From Octopus vulgaris (taxonomy: Eukaryota), in the NCBI GenBank assembly GCA_951406725.2, contig OX597817.1, positions 6,014,001 to 6,078,000 of the forward strand: a DNA stretch of 64,000 bases, given 5' to 3'. Both the position numbers and the translations under genes were made by a program. Each line of letters starts with the position of its first letter. Position 1 is the first letter of the stretch. The notes below the pieces were generated by a model. The model saw only the letters and a list, made by a program, of their open reading frames with translations, was not told the DNA's origin and did no database searches. This document shows, piece by piece, positions 39,801 through 55,507 of the stretch.

Positions 39801-42800
39801 ATTTTCATCAAACATTTTTCATCAAACATTTTTATCAAACATTCATCAAACATTTTCATCAAACATTTTCATCAAACATTTTCATCATTTTTATCAAACA
39901 TTTTCATCAAACATTTTCATCAAACATTTTCATCAAACATTTTCATCAAACATTTTCATGAAACATTTTCATCAAACATTTTTCATCAAACATTTTATCA
40001 TGAAACATTTTCATCAAACATTTTCATCAAACATTTATCATCAAACATTCTCCTCAAATATTTTCATTAAACATTTTCATCAAATAATCATCATCAAACA
40101 TTTTCATCAGACATTACCATCTCAGATTTTCATGAAACATTACTATCAAACAGTATCATCGAACATATTCATAAAACATTTATCTTCAAACATTAATCCT
40201 CAAACATTTATCAAACATTTTCATCGAACATTTTTATCATGAAACATTTTCATCAAACATTTTCATCAAACATTTATCATCAAACATTCTCTTCAAATAT
40301 TTTCATCAAAAAATTTCCATCAAACATTTATCATCAAACATTTTTCATCAAGACATTTATCATCAAACATTTTCATCAAATCATTTTCATCAAACATTTT
40401 CATCAAACATTTCATCAAACATTTTCATCAACATTTTCATCAACATTTTAATCAAACATTTTCATCAAGCATTTTCTGAAAACATTTTCATCAAACATTT
40501 TCATCAAACATTTTCATCAAACATTTTCATCAAACATTTTCCATCAAACATTTTCATCAAACATTTTCATGAAAAATTTTCATCAAACATTTTTCATTAA
40601 ACATTTTCATCAAACATTTATCATCAAAAATTTTCATCAAACATTTTCATCAGACATTTTCATCATCTTAACATTTTCATCAAACATTTTTCCATCAAAC
40701 ATTTTCATCAAACATTTTCATCAAACATTTTTCATCAAACATTTTCATCAAACATTTTCATCAAACATTTTCATCAAACATTTTTATCATGAAACATTTT
40801 CATCAAACATTTTCATCAAACATTTTCATCAAACATTTTCAAAACATTTTTATCAAACATTTTCATCAAACATTTATCATCAAACATTTTCATCAAACAT
40901 TTTCATCAAACATTTTCATCAAACATTTTCATCAAACATTTTTCATCAAACATTTTCATCATCATCAACATTTCATCAAACATTTTCATCAAACATTTTC
41001 ATCAAACATTTTCATCAAATATTTATCATCAAACATTTTCATCAAACATTTCATCAAACATTTATCATGAAACATTTTCATCAAATTTTTTTCATTAAAC
41101 ATTTATCATCAAATATTTTCACCAAACGTTTTCATCAAACATTTTCATCAAAGATTTTTCATCATATATTTATCATCAAGCATTTTCCTCAAACGTTTTC
41201 ATCAAACATTTTCATCAAACATTTTCATCAAACATTTTCATCAAACATTTTCATCAAACATTTTTCATCAAACATTTTCATCAAACATTTTTATCATCAA
41301 ACATTTTCATCAAACATTTTCATCGAACATTTATCATCAAACATTCTCCCCAAATATTTTCATTAAACATTTTCATCAAACAATTATCATCAAACATTTT
41401 CATCAAACATTTCATCTCATTTTCATGAAACATTACCATCAAACAGTTTCATCGAACATATTCATAAAACATTTATCTTCAAACATTTATCCTCAAACAT
41501 TTATCATCAAACATTTTCATCAAACTTTTTTATCATGAAACATTTTCATCAAACATTTTCATCAAACATTTATCATCAAACATTCTCCTCAAATATTTTC
41601 ATCAAAAAATTTCCATCAAACATTTATCATCAAACATTTTCATCAAACATTTTCATCAAACATTTTTCATCAAACATTTATCATCAAACATTTTCATCAA
41701 ATACTTTCATCAAACATTTTCATCAAACATTTTCATCATATATTTATCATCAAACATTTTCATCAAACATTTTTCATCAAACATTTATCATGAAACATTG
41801 TTCATCAAACATTTTCATCATTTTCAAACATTCATCAAATATTTTCATTAAACATTTTCATCAAACATTTTCATCAAACATTTTCATCAAACATTTTCAT
41901 CAAACATTTTCATGAAACATTTTCATCAAACATTTTCATCAAACATTTTCATCAGACAATTTCATCATTTTCATCAAACAATTTCATCACACATTTATCA
42001 TCAAACATTTTCACCAAATCAAATATTTTCGTTTTTCATCAAACATTTTCATCAAACATTTTCATCAAACATTTTATCAAACATTTTCATCAAACGTTTT
42101 CATCAAACATTTTCATGAAACATTTTCATCAAATATTTTTCATCAAACATTTTCATCAAACATTTTCATCAAACATTTTCATCAAACATTTTTATCATGA
42201 AACATTTTCATCAAACATTTTCATCATCAAACATTTATCATCAAACATTTTCATCAAATATTTCAGACATATTTACCAAACATTTTCATCAAACAATTAT
42301 CATCAAACATTTTCATCAAACATTTCATCATCAAACATTTTCATCAAACATTTTCATCAAACATTTTCATCAAACATTTTCATAAAACATTTTCAAACAT
42401 TTATCATCAAACATTTATCATCAAACATTTTCATCAAACATTTTTATCATGAAACATTTTCATCAAACATTTTCATCAAACATTTTCATCAAACATTCAT
42501 CATGAAACATCAAATATTTTCATCAAAAAAATTTTCCATCAAACATTTATAATCAAACATTTTCATCAAACATTTTCATCAAACATTTTCATCAAAAATT
42601 TATCATCAAACATTTTCATCAAATACTTTCATCAAACATTTTCATCAAACATTTTTCATCATATATTTATCATCAAACATTTTCATCAAAAGTTTTCATC
42701 AAACATTTATCATGAAACATTTTCATCAAATATTTTTCATTAAACATTTTCATCGAACAATTATCATCAAACATTTTCATCAGACATTATCATCTCACAT

Positions 42801-45800
42801 TTTCATGAAACATTACCATCAAACAGTATCATCGAACATGTTCATATAACATTTATCTTCAAACATTTATCATCAAACATTTTCATCTAACATTTATCAT
42901 CAAACATTTTCATCTAACATTTTCATCAAACATTTTCATCAAACATTTTTATCATGAACATTTTCATCAAACATTTTCATCATCAAACATTTCTCCTCAA
43001 ATATTTTCATCAAACATTTCCATCAAACATTTATCATCAAACATTTTCATCAAACATTTTCATCAAACATTTTTTCATCAAACATTTATCATCAAACATT
43101 TTCATCAAACACTTTCATCAAACATTTTCATCAAACATTTTTCATCATATATTTATCATCAAACATTTTCATCAAACGTTTTCATCAAACATTTATCATG
43201 AAACATTTTCATCAAATATGTTTCATTTATCATCAAATATTTTCACCAAACGTTTTCATCAAACATTTTCATCAAAGATTTTTCATCATATATTTATCAT
43301 CAAGCATTTTCCTCAAACGTTTTCATCAAACATTTTCATGAAACATTTTCATCAAATATTTTTCATCAAACATTTTCATCAAACATTTTCATCAAACATT
43401 TTTATCATGAAACATTTTCATCAAACATTTTCATCAAACATTTATCATCAAACATTCTCCTCAAATATTTTCATTAAACATTTTCATCAAACAATTATCA
43501 TCAAACATTTTCATCAGACATTTTCATCAAACAGATTTTCATCAAACATTTTCATCAAACATTTTCATCGAACATTTTCATCAAACATTTATCATCAAAC
43601 ATTTTCATCAAACATTTTCATCAAACATTTTCATCAAACATTTTTATCATGAAACATTTTCATCAAACATTTTCATCAAACATTTATCATCAAACATTCT
43701 CTTCAAATATTTTCATCAAAAAATTTCCATCAAACATTTATCATCAAACATTTTTCATCAAACATTTATCATCAAACATTTTCATCAAACATTTTCATCA
43801 AATATGTTTCATTAAACATTTATCACCAAACATTTTCATCAAACATTTTCATCAACAACGTTTTCATCAAACATTTTCATCAAACATTTTTTCATCAAAC
43901 ATTTTTCATCAGACAAACATCATCAAAATATTTTCATTTTCATCAAACTCAAATATTTCAGAAATTTTCATCAAACGTATTTTCATCAGACATTTTCAGG
44001 AATTTTCAAAACATTTATCATGACAAACATTTTCTGTCAAACATTTCATCAAACATTTTCATCAGAAATTTTCATCAAAATGACATTTTTTTTGTATTTT
44101 TCATTTCATCAAAAATTTTCATTTTCTCATCAAACATTTTCCTCATTAAACATTTTCATCAAACAATTTTCATCAAATAATTATCATCAAACATTTTCAT
44201 CAGACATTATCATCTTAGATTTTCATGAAACATTACCATCAAACATTATCATCAAACATTTTTCATCAAACATTTATCGTAACATTTTCAAACATTTTCA
44301 TCAAACATTTTCATCAAACATTTTCATCAGACATTTTCATCAAACATTTTCATCAACATTTTTATTTTACTATCAAACATTTTCATCAAACATTTTCATC
44401 AAACATTATCAAATATTTTCAAACATATTCACAATATTTTCAAACATTTTCATCAAACATTTTTCATCAAACATTTATCATCAAACATTTTCATCAAACA
44501 TTTATCATCAAACATTTTCATCAAACATTTTCATCAAACATTTTTTCATCAAACATTTATCATCAAACATTTTCATCAAATATTTTAATTAAGCATGTTC
44601 ATCTAAAATTTTCATAAATATTTTCATCAAACATTTTCATCAAACAAATTCATCAAATATTTATCATCAAACATTTTCATCAAACGTTTTCATCAAACAT
44701 TTATCATGAAACATTTTCATCAAATTTTTTTCATTAAACATTTATCATCAAACATTTTCACCAAACGTTTTCATCAAACATTTTCATCAAACATTTTCAT
44801 CAAACTTTTATCATCAAGCATTTTCCTCAAACGTTTTCATCAAACATTTTCATGAAACATTTTCATCAAATATTTTCATCAAACATTTTCATCAAACATT
44901 TTCATCAAACATTTTCATCAAACATTTTTATCATGAAACATTTTCATCAAACATTTTCATCGAACATTTATCATCAAACATTCTCCTCAAATATTTTCAT
45001 TAAACATTTTCATCAAACATTTATCATCAAACATTTTCATCAAATTATTTTCTCAAATATTTTCATCAAACATTACCATCAAACAAATTTCATCAAACAT
45101 TTTCATCAAACATTTTCATCAAACATTTATCATCAAACATTTATCATTTTCAAAAACATTTTCATCAAACATTTTTTATCATGAAACATTTTCATCAAAC
45201 ATTTTCATCAAACATTTATCATCAAACATTCTCTTCAAATATTTTCATCAAAAAAATTTCCATCAAACATTTATCATCAAACATTTTCATCAAACATTTT
45301 CATCAAACATTTTTTCATCAAACATTTATCATCAAACATTTTCATCAAATACTTTCATCAAACATTTTCATCAAACATTTTTCATCATATATTTATCATC
45401 AAACATTTTCATCAAACGTTTTCATCAAACATTTTCATGAAACATTTTCATCAAATATTTTTCATCAAACATTTTCATCAAACAATTTTCATCAAACATT
45501 TTCATCAACATTATCATCTCACATTTTCATCAAATTACATCAAACATTATCATCAAACATTTCATATAACATTTATCATCAAACATTTATCATCAAACAT
45601 TTTCATCAAACATTTTCATCAAACATTTTCATCAAACATTTTCATCAAACATTTTCATCAAACATTTTTATCATGAAACATTTTCATCAAACATTTATCA
45701 TCAAACATTTTCATCAAATATTTTCATCAAACATTTCCATCAAACATTTATCATCAAACATTTTCATCAAACATTTTCATCAAACATTTTTTATCAAACA

Positions 45801-48800
45801 TTTATCATCAAACATTTTTATCAAACACTTTCATCAAACATTTTTCACATATTTATCATCAAACATTTTCATCAAACGTTTTTATCAAACATTTATCATG
45901 AAACATTTTCATCAAATATTTTCATCAAACATTTTTATCATTTTTCATCACATTTTCATCAAACATTTTCATCATGATAATTTCATCAAACATTTTCATC
46001 AAACATTTTCATCAAATATTTTCATGAAACATTTTCATCAAACAATTTTCATCAAACATTTTTATCAAACATTATCATCAACCATTTCATCAATCATTTT
46101 CATCAAACATTTTCATCAAACATTTTCATCAAACATTTTCATCAAACATTTTCATCAAACATTTCCATCAAACAATTTCATCAAACATTTCTATCAAACA
46201 TTTTCATCAAACATTTCCATCAAACATTTATCAAACAAATTCAATATTCATCAAACATTTCTCATTATTTTCATCTGACATTTTCATCAAACATTTTCAA
46301 ATATTTTCATTTTCGAAACATTTTCAACATTTTAATCAATCATCAAACATTAAAACATTTTCATCAAAAATTTTCATCAAATATTTATCAAATATTTTCA
46401 TCAGAACATTTTCATCAAACATTTTCATCAACATTTATCATCAAACATTTTCATCAAATATTTTAATCATTATCCAAATTCATCAAACATTTTCATCAAA
46501 CATTTTCATCAAACATTTTCATCAAACATTTTGTATCAGGACATTTTCATCAAACATTTTCAAATATTTTCATCAAACATTCTCTCTCAAACAATTTCAT
46601 CAAACATTTTTCATCAAACATTTTCATCAAACATTTTCATCAAACATTTTCATCAAACATTTTCATCAAACACCATTTCATCAAACATTTTCATCAAACA
46701 TTTTCATCAAACATTTTCATCAGACATTTTCATCAAACATTTTCATCAAACATTTTCATCAAACATTTAACATCAAACATTTTCATCAAACATTAATCAT
46801 CAAACATTTTCATCAAACATTTTCAAACATGAATCATGAAACATTACTCCTCAAGCTAAACATTTTTATCAAACATTTATCATCAAACATTTTCATCAAA
46901 ATTTTCATCAAACATTTTTCATCAAACATTTTCATCAAACTTTATCATGGTAAAGCATTTTCATCAAAATTTTCATCAAATATTTTCATCAAACATTTTC
47001 ATCAAACATTTTCATTAAACATTTTCATCAAACATTTTCATCAAACATTTATCATCAAACATTTTCATCAAACATTTATCATCTGTAGATTTTCATCAAA
47101 CATTTTCATCAACATTTCATGACATCATCGACATTTTCATCAAACATTTTCATCAAACATTTATCATCAAACATTTTCATCAAACATTTTCATCAAACAT
47201 TTTTATCATGAAACATTTTCATCAAACATTTTCATCAAACATTTATCATCAAACATTTTCATCAAACATTTTCATCAAACATTTTCATCAAACATTTTCA
47301 TCAAACATTTCATCAAACATTTTCATCAAACATTTTCATCAAACATTTTCATCAAACATTTTCATCAAACATTTTCATCAATATTTTCATCAAACATTTT
47401 CATCAAACAATTTCATCAAACATTTTCATCAAACATTTTCATCAAACATTTTCATCCCTGAACATTTTTCATCAAACATTTTCAATCAAATATTTTCATC
47501 AAACATTTTCATCAAATATTTTCATCAAACATTTTTATCATCAATGCATTTTCATCAAACATTTTCACAATACATTTCATCAAAATTTTCATCAACATTT
47601 TCATCAAATATTTTCATCAAACATTTCATCAAACATTTTCATCAAACATTTTCATCAAACATTTTTATCCCATCAAACATTTTCATCAAACATTTTCATC
47701 AAACATTTTCATCAAACATTTTCATCAAACACTTTCATCAAACATTTTCATCAAACATTTTTCATCATATATTTATCATCAAACATTTTCATCAAACATG
47801 TTTCATCAAACATTAATCATCAAACATTTTCATCAAATATTTTCATTAAACATTTTCATCAAACATTTTCATCAAACATTTTCATCAAACATTTCATCAA
47901 AGATTTTTTCATCATATTTTAATCCAGCATTTTCATCAAACATTTTCATCAAATATTTTTCATCAAACATTTTCATCAAATATTTTCATCAAACATTTTC
48001 ATCAAACATTTTCATCAAACATTTTCATCAAACATTTTTATCAAACATTTTTCATCAAACATTTTCATCAACATTTTCATCAAACATTCTCCTCAAATAT
48101 TTTCATCAAACATTTTCATCAAACATTTATCATCAAACATTTTCATCAGACAACCCTATCATCAAACAGATTTCAAAACATTTTCATCAAACATTTTCAT
48201 CAAACATTTTCATCAAAACATTTATCATCAAACATTTATCATCAAACATTTTCATCAAACATTTTCATCAAACATTTTCATCAAACATTTTCATCAAACA
48301 TTTTCATCAAACATTTATCATCAAACATTTTCATCAAATATTTTCATCAAACATTTTCATCAAACATTTTCATCAAACATTTTCATCAAACATTTTCATC
48401 AAACATTTTCATCAAACATTTATCATCAAACATTTATCATCAAATATTTTTCATCAAACATTTTCATCAAACATTTTCATCAAAATTTCCATCAAACATT
48501 TTCATCAAACATATTCATCAAACATTTATCATGAAACATTTTCATCAAATATTTTTCATCGAACATTTTCATCAAACATTTTCATCAAACAATTATCATC
48601 AAACATTATCATCTCACATTTTCATGAAACATTTTCATCAAACATTTTCAAGACAATTTTCATCAAACATATTTCATCAGAACCTGAATTTCACTCAAAC
48701 ATTTAATCAAACAGTTTCATCAAACATTTTCAAATAATTTCATGAAACATTCTCCTCTAACAATTTCATCAAACATTTTTGGCATCAAACATTTATCATC

Positions 48801-49734
48801 GTTATCATAACATATTTTCATCAAACATTTTCATCAAACATTTTCATCAAGCATTTTTCATCAAACATTTTTATCAAACATTGTCATCATGAATATTTTC
48901 ATCAATCATTTTCATCAAACATTTTCATCAAACATTTTCATCAAACATTTTTATCATCAAATATTTTCATCAAACATTTTCATCAAACATTTTTATCAAG
49001 ACATTTTCATCAAACATTTTCATCAAACATTTTCATCAAACATTTTCATCAAACATTTTCATCAAACATTTATCATCAAACATTTTCATCAAACATTTTC
49101 ATCAAACATTTTCATCATATATTTATCATCAAACCATTTTCATCAAACATTTTCATCAAACATTTATCATCAAACATTTTCATCAAACATTTCCATCAAA
49201 CATTTATCATCATCATTGTCATTTCAAACATTTTCATCCAGACATTTTCATCAAACATTTTCATCAAACTATTTATCATCAAATGATTTTCCTCAAACGT
49301 TTTCATCAAACATTTACATCAAACATTTTCATCAAATATTTTCAACAGACATCATTGAAACATTTTATCATCAAACATTTTCATCAAACATTTTTCATCA
49401 TCAAACATTTTCATCAAACATTTTCATCAAACATTTATCATCAAACATTCTCCTCAAATATTTTCATCAAACATTTTTATCAAACAATTTCATCAAACAT
49501 TTTCATCAAACATTTTTCATCGTTATTTTACTCATCATATTTCATCAAACATTTTCATCAGTATTTTTATCATTTACATTTATCATAGAAATTTCATCAA
49601 ATGATATTCATGAAACATTTTCGTCAAACATTTATCAAACATTTTCATCCTCAAACATTTATCATCAAACATTTTCATCAAACATTTTTATCATGAAACA
49701 TTTTCATCAAACATTTTTCATCAAACATTTATCA

Positions 49735-51970
49735 TGTTCTTTTTGTTTTTCTTACTGTTTTCCAATTTATCCCTTCATCCAGACGAGTTAATGCATTATC
49801 TAAGTGTGACCAAGTGAAAAAAACAACAAAAAAACACGCCCGTTTCGATATAAATTCAAACATTTTCATCAAACATTAAATTATTGGTATTCATATTGGC
49901 ATTCTCATCAAACATTTTCATCAAATTCTCAATATTTTTTATTCTTTTTATTCTTTTACTTGTTTCAGACATTTGACTGCAACCATGCTCATGAGATAGA
50001 TTTCCGATGAAGTAATTGCAAATTAATACATTTTCATCAAACATTTTCATCAAACATTTATCATCAAATAGGACTTGCTTACTCCATTCTCTTTCGTATA
50101 GTATATATATATATACATTTGTTACTCTGAGTTTCTCGTTGCCGTTCATCAGACAGTTTTTGCTAGAATGGAACTGTATCATCGAACATCAATTCAATAT
50201 ATGTACTCTTACAAACGCTACACCTTTAAAAAGAAATGGACTTGTTTGATTGGCCCTTTAGAAAAAACGGTCAATCTTCGAGCGATAAACAAAAAGGTCA
50301 AAGATATATGTATATATATATAAAAAACTTATAAAAATTATATATAAAAACTTATAAAAATTATAAAATCCGAGGAAAAAACCATTGTAATACTAGGCGA
50401 ACTGGCAGAAACGTTAGCACGCCGGGCGAAATGCGTAGCCGTGTTTCATCTGCAGTTACGTTCTGGGTTCAAATTCCGCCAGAAGTCGACTTTGCCTTTC
50501 ATCCTTTCGGGGTCGATAAATTAAGTACCAGTTCACTGGGGTCGATGTAATCGACTTAATCCGTTTGGCTGTGTCCTTGTTTGTCCTCTCTGTGTTTAGC
50601 CCTTGTAGGTAGTAAAGAAATATATATGTAATACTATCCCATGATAACTCTTGCCTAGTTAGCATGACTTCATCCTATTTTGGTGATTACACTATTTTAC
50701 TATCTATGATGTTCTACCCTACTGATCATATTATATATACTTATAGTGATTTTATGTATTAAGTCTCATTTCGACTAAATTATATACCCCCTAGAAACTA
50801 TAAAATCATACACACAATAGCAACTGTAACATTAAAACGTATAAAATCGCATCGGTTTGAATACCTTTAACTGCCCTCACTACGTCCATACCTGTTAACC
50901 CCTGTTTTCGAGTTATCTTTCTTCACTACCTCAGCGTTTAATCCCATGTCTCTTTAAATGCAGCTGATATGTATTTCTTATCATTTTCTATAAATTCTTG
51001 TTATTTTGTTTTCTTATTTTGATACCCTTACCCATTAACCTTTTATCCCTTATAAATTTTTATTTTTCTTGTTATCCTCAAACATTTTCATCACATTTTC
51101 ATCAAACATTTTTATCATGAAACATTTTCATCAAACATTTTCATCAAACAAAATCTATGCGAGATTGTTACATTATATCCATATAAACGTATGAATATTT
51201 GTTCATCAAACATTTATTATCAAACATTTCCATCAAACATTTATCATCAAACATTGTATGTGTATATGTGCATGAGTGCGCATATATAAATACGTGTGTA
51301 TCTATACACATCTTTATTTTTCTGATTAATGGTTTAAAATTAATATATAGATGGCATGCTTATCTTACCACTTATTCCATGAATAAATGCCCTGAGTAGT
51401 CTTTATAAAAAACACCTAATAAGTACATATGATTATTAAACTGATTCTATGTAATCTTTCTTTTTAATGTTTATAATTGATATATACACGCATTTTACCT
51501 ATTTTGGTTATGAAATTTTGAAAATCTTTTCATCAAACGTTTTTTCATCAAACTAATATTGTTTATAAACAATCACCCATAGAGCCCCAAAATACAATTA
51601 ACGTTTTCATCAAACATTTTCATCAAACATAGCCTCTTGCCCCTTTAACTGGTAATTAACATTTTCATGAACTTTATATCCAATTGACTACACCAAATGT
51701 CTTCTCTCCTTCCCGAGGAAAAGGGGTACATATGACAATATTTATGGCCATACCTAGCCAGGAGCTGTCAACTCACTTTTGTCCTTACATTTTCATCAAA
51801 CATTTTCATCAAACATTTTCATTGTTGGAAGTGTAGTCTATTCTTAGCTACAATCTCTCGCATCAAACATTTTCATCGAACATTTATCATCAAACATTCT
51901 CCTCAAATGCATGCATGTGTGTATGCATACATACATATATATATACACACACACATACACACACATACAT

Positions 51971-52040
<70 letters not shown>

Positions 52041-52770
52041 ATACATACAGGGAGTACTGAAGATATCCTGGCTTTTATGTCACGAAAGACCTAGTTGAAG
52101 GATCACTCCAATAAGAGTGTGAATCTGAAAGGGAAATATGTTGCATAAAATCATAATTAACTAATTGTCTTGTATTTGCATTTATCATCAAACATTTATC
52201 AGACTACGCAAAGTGCAAAAAAGATAGATTTTCATCAAACATTTTCATCAAACATTTATCACATTTTCATCAAACATTTTCATCAAACATTTTCATCAAA
52301 CATTTTCATCAAACATTTATATCAATTCAATATATGTACTCTTACAAACGCTACACCTTTAAAAAGAAATGGACTTGTTTGATTGGCCCTTTAGAAAAAA
52401 CGGTCAATCTTCGAGCGATAAACAAAAAGGTCAAAGATATATGTATATATATATAAAAAACTTATAAAAATTATATATAAAAACTTATAAAAATTATAAA
52501 ATCCGAGGAAAAAACCATTGTAATACTAGGCGAACTGGCAGAAACGTTAGCACGCCGGGCGAAATGCGTAGCCGTGTTTCATCTGCAGTTACGTTCTGGG
52601 TTCAAATTCCGCCAGAAGTCGACTTTGCCTTTCATCCTTTCGGGGTCGATAAATTAAGTACCAGTTCACTGGGGTCGATGTAATCGACTTAATCCGTTTG
52701 GCTGTGTCCTTGTTTGTCCTCTCTGTGTTTAGCCCTTGTAGGTAGTAAAGAAATATATATGTAATACTAA
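49735..52770 (+). other. Fragmented duplicate of 58247-62330 interleaved with Sat1, including SINE copies at ~50396-50620 and ~52529-52760
   Basis: Collinear, near-identical patches whose missing parts are replaced by Sat1. The segment ~58853-59300 appears twice within it. Confidence 0.85.
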
Positions 52771-53617
52771 CATTTTCATCAAACGTTTTCCTCAAACATT
52801 TATCATGAAACATTTTCATCAAATATTTTTCATTAAACATTTTCATCGAACAATTATCATCAAACATTTTCATCAGACATTATCATCTCACATTTTCATG
52901 AAACATTACCATCAAACAGTATCATCGAACATGTTCATATAACATTTATCTTCAGACATTTATCATCAAACATTTTCATCTAACATTTATCATGAAACAT
53001 TTTCATCTAACATTTTCATCAAACGTTTTCATCAAACATTTTTATCATGAAACATTTTCATCAAACATTTATCATCAAACATTCTCCTCAAATATTTTCA
53101 TCAAAAAATTTCCATCAAACATTTATCATCAAACATTTTCATCAAACATTTTCATCAAACATTTTTCATCAAACATTTATCATCAAACATTTTCATCAAA
53201 CACTTTCATCAAACATTTTCATCAAACATTTTTCATCATATATTTATCATCAAACATTTTCATCAAACGATTTCATCAAACATTTATCATGAAACATTTT
53301 CATCAAATATGTTTCATTAAACATTTATCATCAAACATTTTCACCAAACGTTTTCATCAAACATTTTCATCAAACATTTTCATCAAACTTTTATCATCAA
53401 GCATTTTCCTCAAACGTTTTCATCAAACATTTTCATGAAACATTTTCATCAAATATTCTTCATCAAACATTTTCATCAAACAATCAAACTTATTTTCATC
53501 AAACATTTTCATCAAACATTTTCATCAAACATTTTCATCAAATATTTTCATTTCATCAAATTCATTTTCATCAAATTTATTTTCATCAAACATTTTCATC
53601 AAATATTTTCATCAAAC

Positions 53618-53620
<3 letters not shown>

Positions 53621-53715
<95 letters not shown>

Positions 53716-53762
53716 TATTATCATTATCATTATTATTAATATTATTATTATTATTATTAATA

Positions 53763-53808
<46 letters not shown>

Positions 53809-53894
53809 CATCATCATTATCATTATCCTTATAATAACATTGTCATTATCATTATTATTATGATTTGTATTATTATTATTTTTATTATTATTAT
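53621..53894. repeat. (ATT)n tract at the right edge of the satellite
   Basis: Read directly from the sequence. Confidence 0.95.
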
Positions 53895-53987
53895 CAGTAA
53901 AGAAAGCCACGTATTTTTATTGCAGTATCCGAGGTTATAATTCATGTGTTTGTGCTCAAGTCAATCTGGTTTTTACACAGAGTTATA

Positions 53988-54340
53988 TACAAGGTACGAA
54001 TAATGGTCATTACATATTTTTCCTTTATTGGAGTAAATGTGGCTTACAGCTGTTTCCAGTAATCATTATAGGTTCGTTATTGATCGAACTTATCTTAGTT
54101 GGTCTTTGTTCAGTTGAACCACTTAAAGAAAATTAATGCTATTTTCGTTAATGCTGTGTCTATAGAATTTGACGAAAATAGTATTAATTTTTTCTTTAGG
54201 TCGTTCAACTTTACTCAGCTGAACCAGCTGGGAAATCTCATATCAGTAATGAACTTATAATGATTACTGGAAACAACTGTAAGCCAAATTTACTCCAATA
54301 AAGGGAAATATGTAAACACCAATATATTAATATCTTGTAT
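53988..54340. mobile_element. Foldback element with ~95-bp inverted arms
   Basis: 53988-54084 is the reverse complement of 54242-54340. The arms end in a GAAAcagctgTA-like motif. Confidence 0.65.
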
Positions 54341-55004
54341 ATTCATATAGGGAGAGAGAGAGAAAGAGAGAGATTGGAGAGAAAGAGTAAGAGAGAGGAA
54401 AATGAATTCACATTTAAAATCAAACAACAATATTGCAGCGAACAGTAATGAATATGAAATGCCACCCATTAAGCAGTCATAACCTTGGCCTGCAAGGTGA
54501 TTGGTTCGTTAGACAGAGTAAGATGGTCGGTCGCTTTTCAGTGGATAAATATGTTAGAAGTGGCGGGGAAGGTTACATAGAGAATATTGCAGGCTGCTCT
54601 TGTAAATGCTTGATTGATATATTTGTTTCTCTGTTTTACATCATTGATAAAAGATTACAGGATGAGACGGAATGAGAGAGGAATTACAAAACTCATTGGA
54701 TAGATTTCCATGCTTGATAGATGCCTAGACGTGTACGTAATGCATTTATTCAGAATGAATGTATAGCTGTATGTGAATGTGAGTTAGAAATGATGAAGTG
54801 TGCTTTGGCTTCATGCAAAGAGATATGATATAGTACAGATGGGTTGTGTGTCGTGGCGGTGTATATCATTATAAATCTTTAATATGTGATCATGTTAGCA
54901 GCCGTCTGATTTTATGTCCAAATGTATAAATCAAATACGCCTTTAAACAATAGATACACACAGGCGGCTAAATACATTTACAATCTTCTCTCTCTCACTC
55001 TCTC

Positions 55005-55104
<100 letters not shown>

Positions 55105-55214
55105 GTGTGTGTGTGTGTGTGTGTGTCTGTCGGTGTGTGTGTTTGTGTTTCTGTGCGTGTGCATGTGTCTGTCTATACATACACACATAGTGATAGATGC
55201 TGACACATTCTCTG

Positions 55215-55507
55215 ACACTCCGTCGCCTACGACGCGGAGAGTTCCAGATGAACCGATCAACGGAACAGCATGTGCATGAAATGTAATGTGCAAGTCGCTA
55301 AGCACTACACAAGCAGGCGTACCCTAAACGTAGTTCTCAGCAAGATTCAATCTGACACAGAATGTGACAAGGCTTGCCTTTTAATTAGAGGTACAACTCA
55401 TTTTTGCCAGCTTAGTGAACTGGAGCAACGTGAAATAAAGTACCTTGGTCAAGGACACAACGAGCTACTTGAAATCGAACTCACAACCTTAGGATCGTAA
55501 GCCGAAT
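55215..55507 (-). mobile_element. SINE sharing its 3' half with 22550-22927
   Basis: cactccgtcg...gatcaacggaacagc...gtgacaaggc is the reverse complement of the 22760-22927 tail; the head is different. Confidence 0.75.

Larger units (their letters stand above)
25224..53620 (+). repeat. ~28 kb satellite array (Sat1) of 13/14-bp units aaacattttcatc / aaacatttatcatc
   Basis: Well over a thousand tandem units, all in one orientation apart from three short inversions. Interrupted by the cassettes listed below, an N gap, and unique-sequence patches at 49735-52770. Confidence 0.97.

Noticed and set aside
51821-51870. Apparent RTE-free (empty) allele in the duplicated region
   Set aside because: The copy keeps the first RTE bases (ctctcgca) after the TSD and then switches to Sat1, so it is not a clean pre-insertion site.
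25224-53863. Dozens of long plus-strand ORFs (FSSNIFIKHFHQT..., KFYPKIFRKFSPK...)
   Set aside because: They are translations of satellites whose plus strand lacks stop codons in all frames. There is no evidence of coding function.
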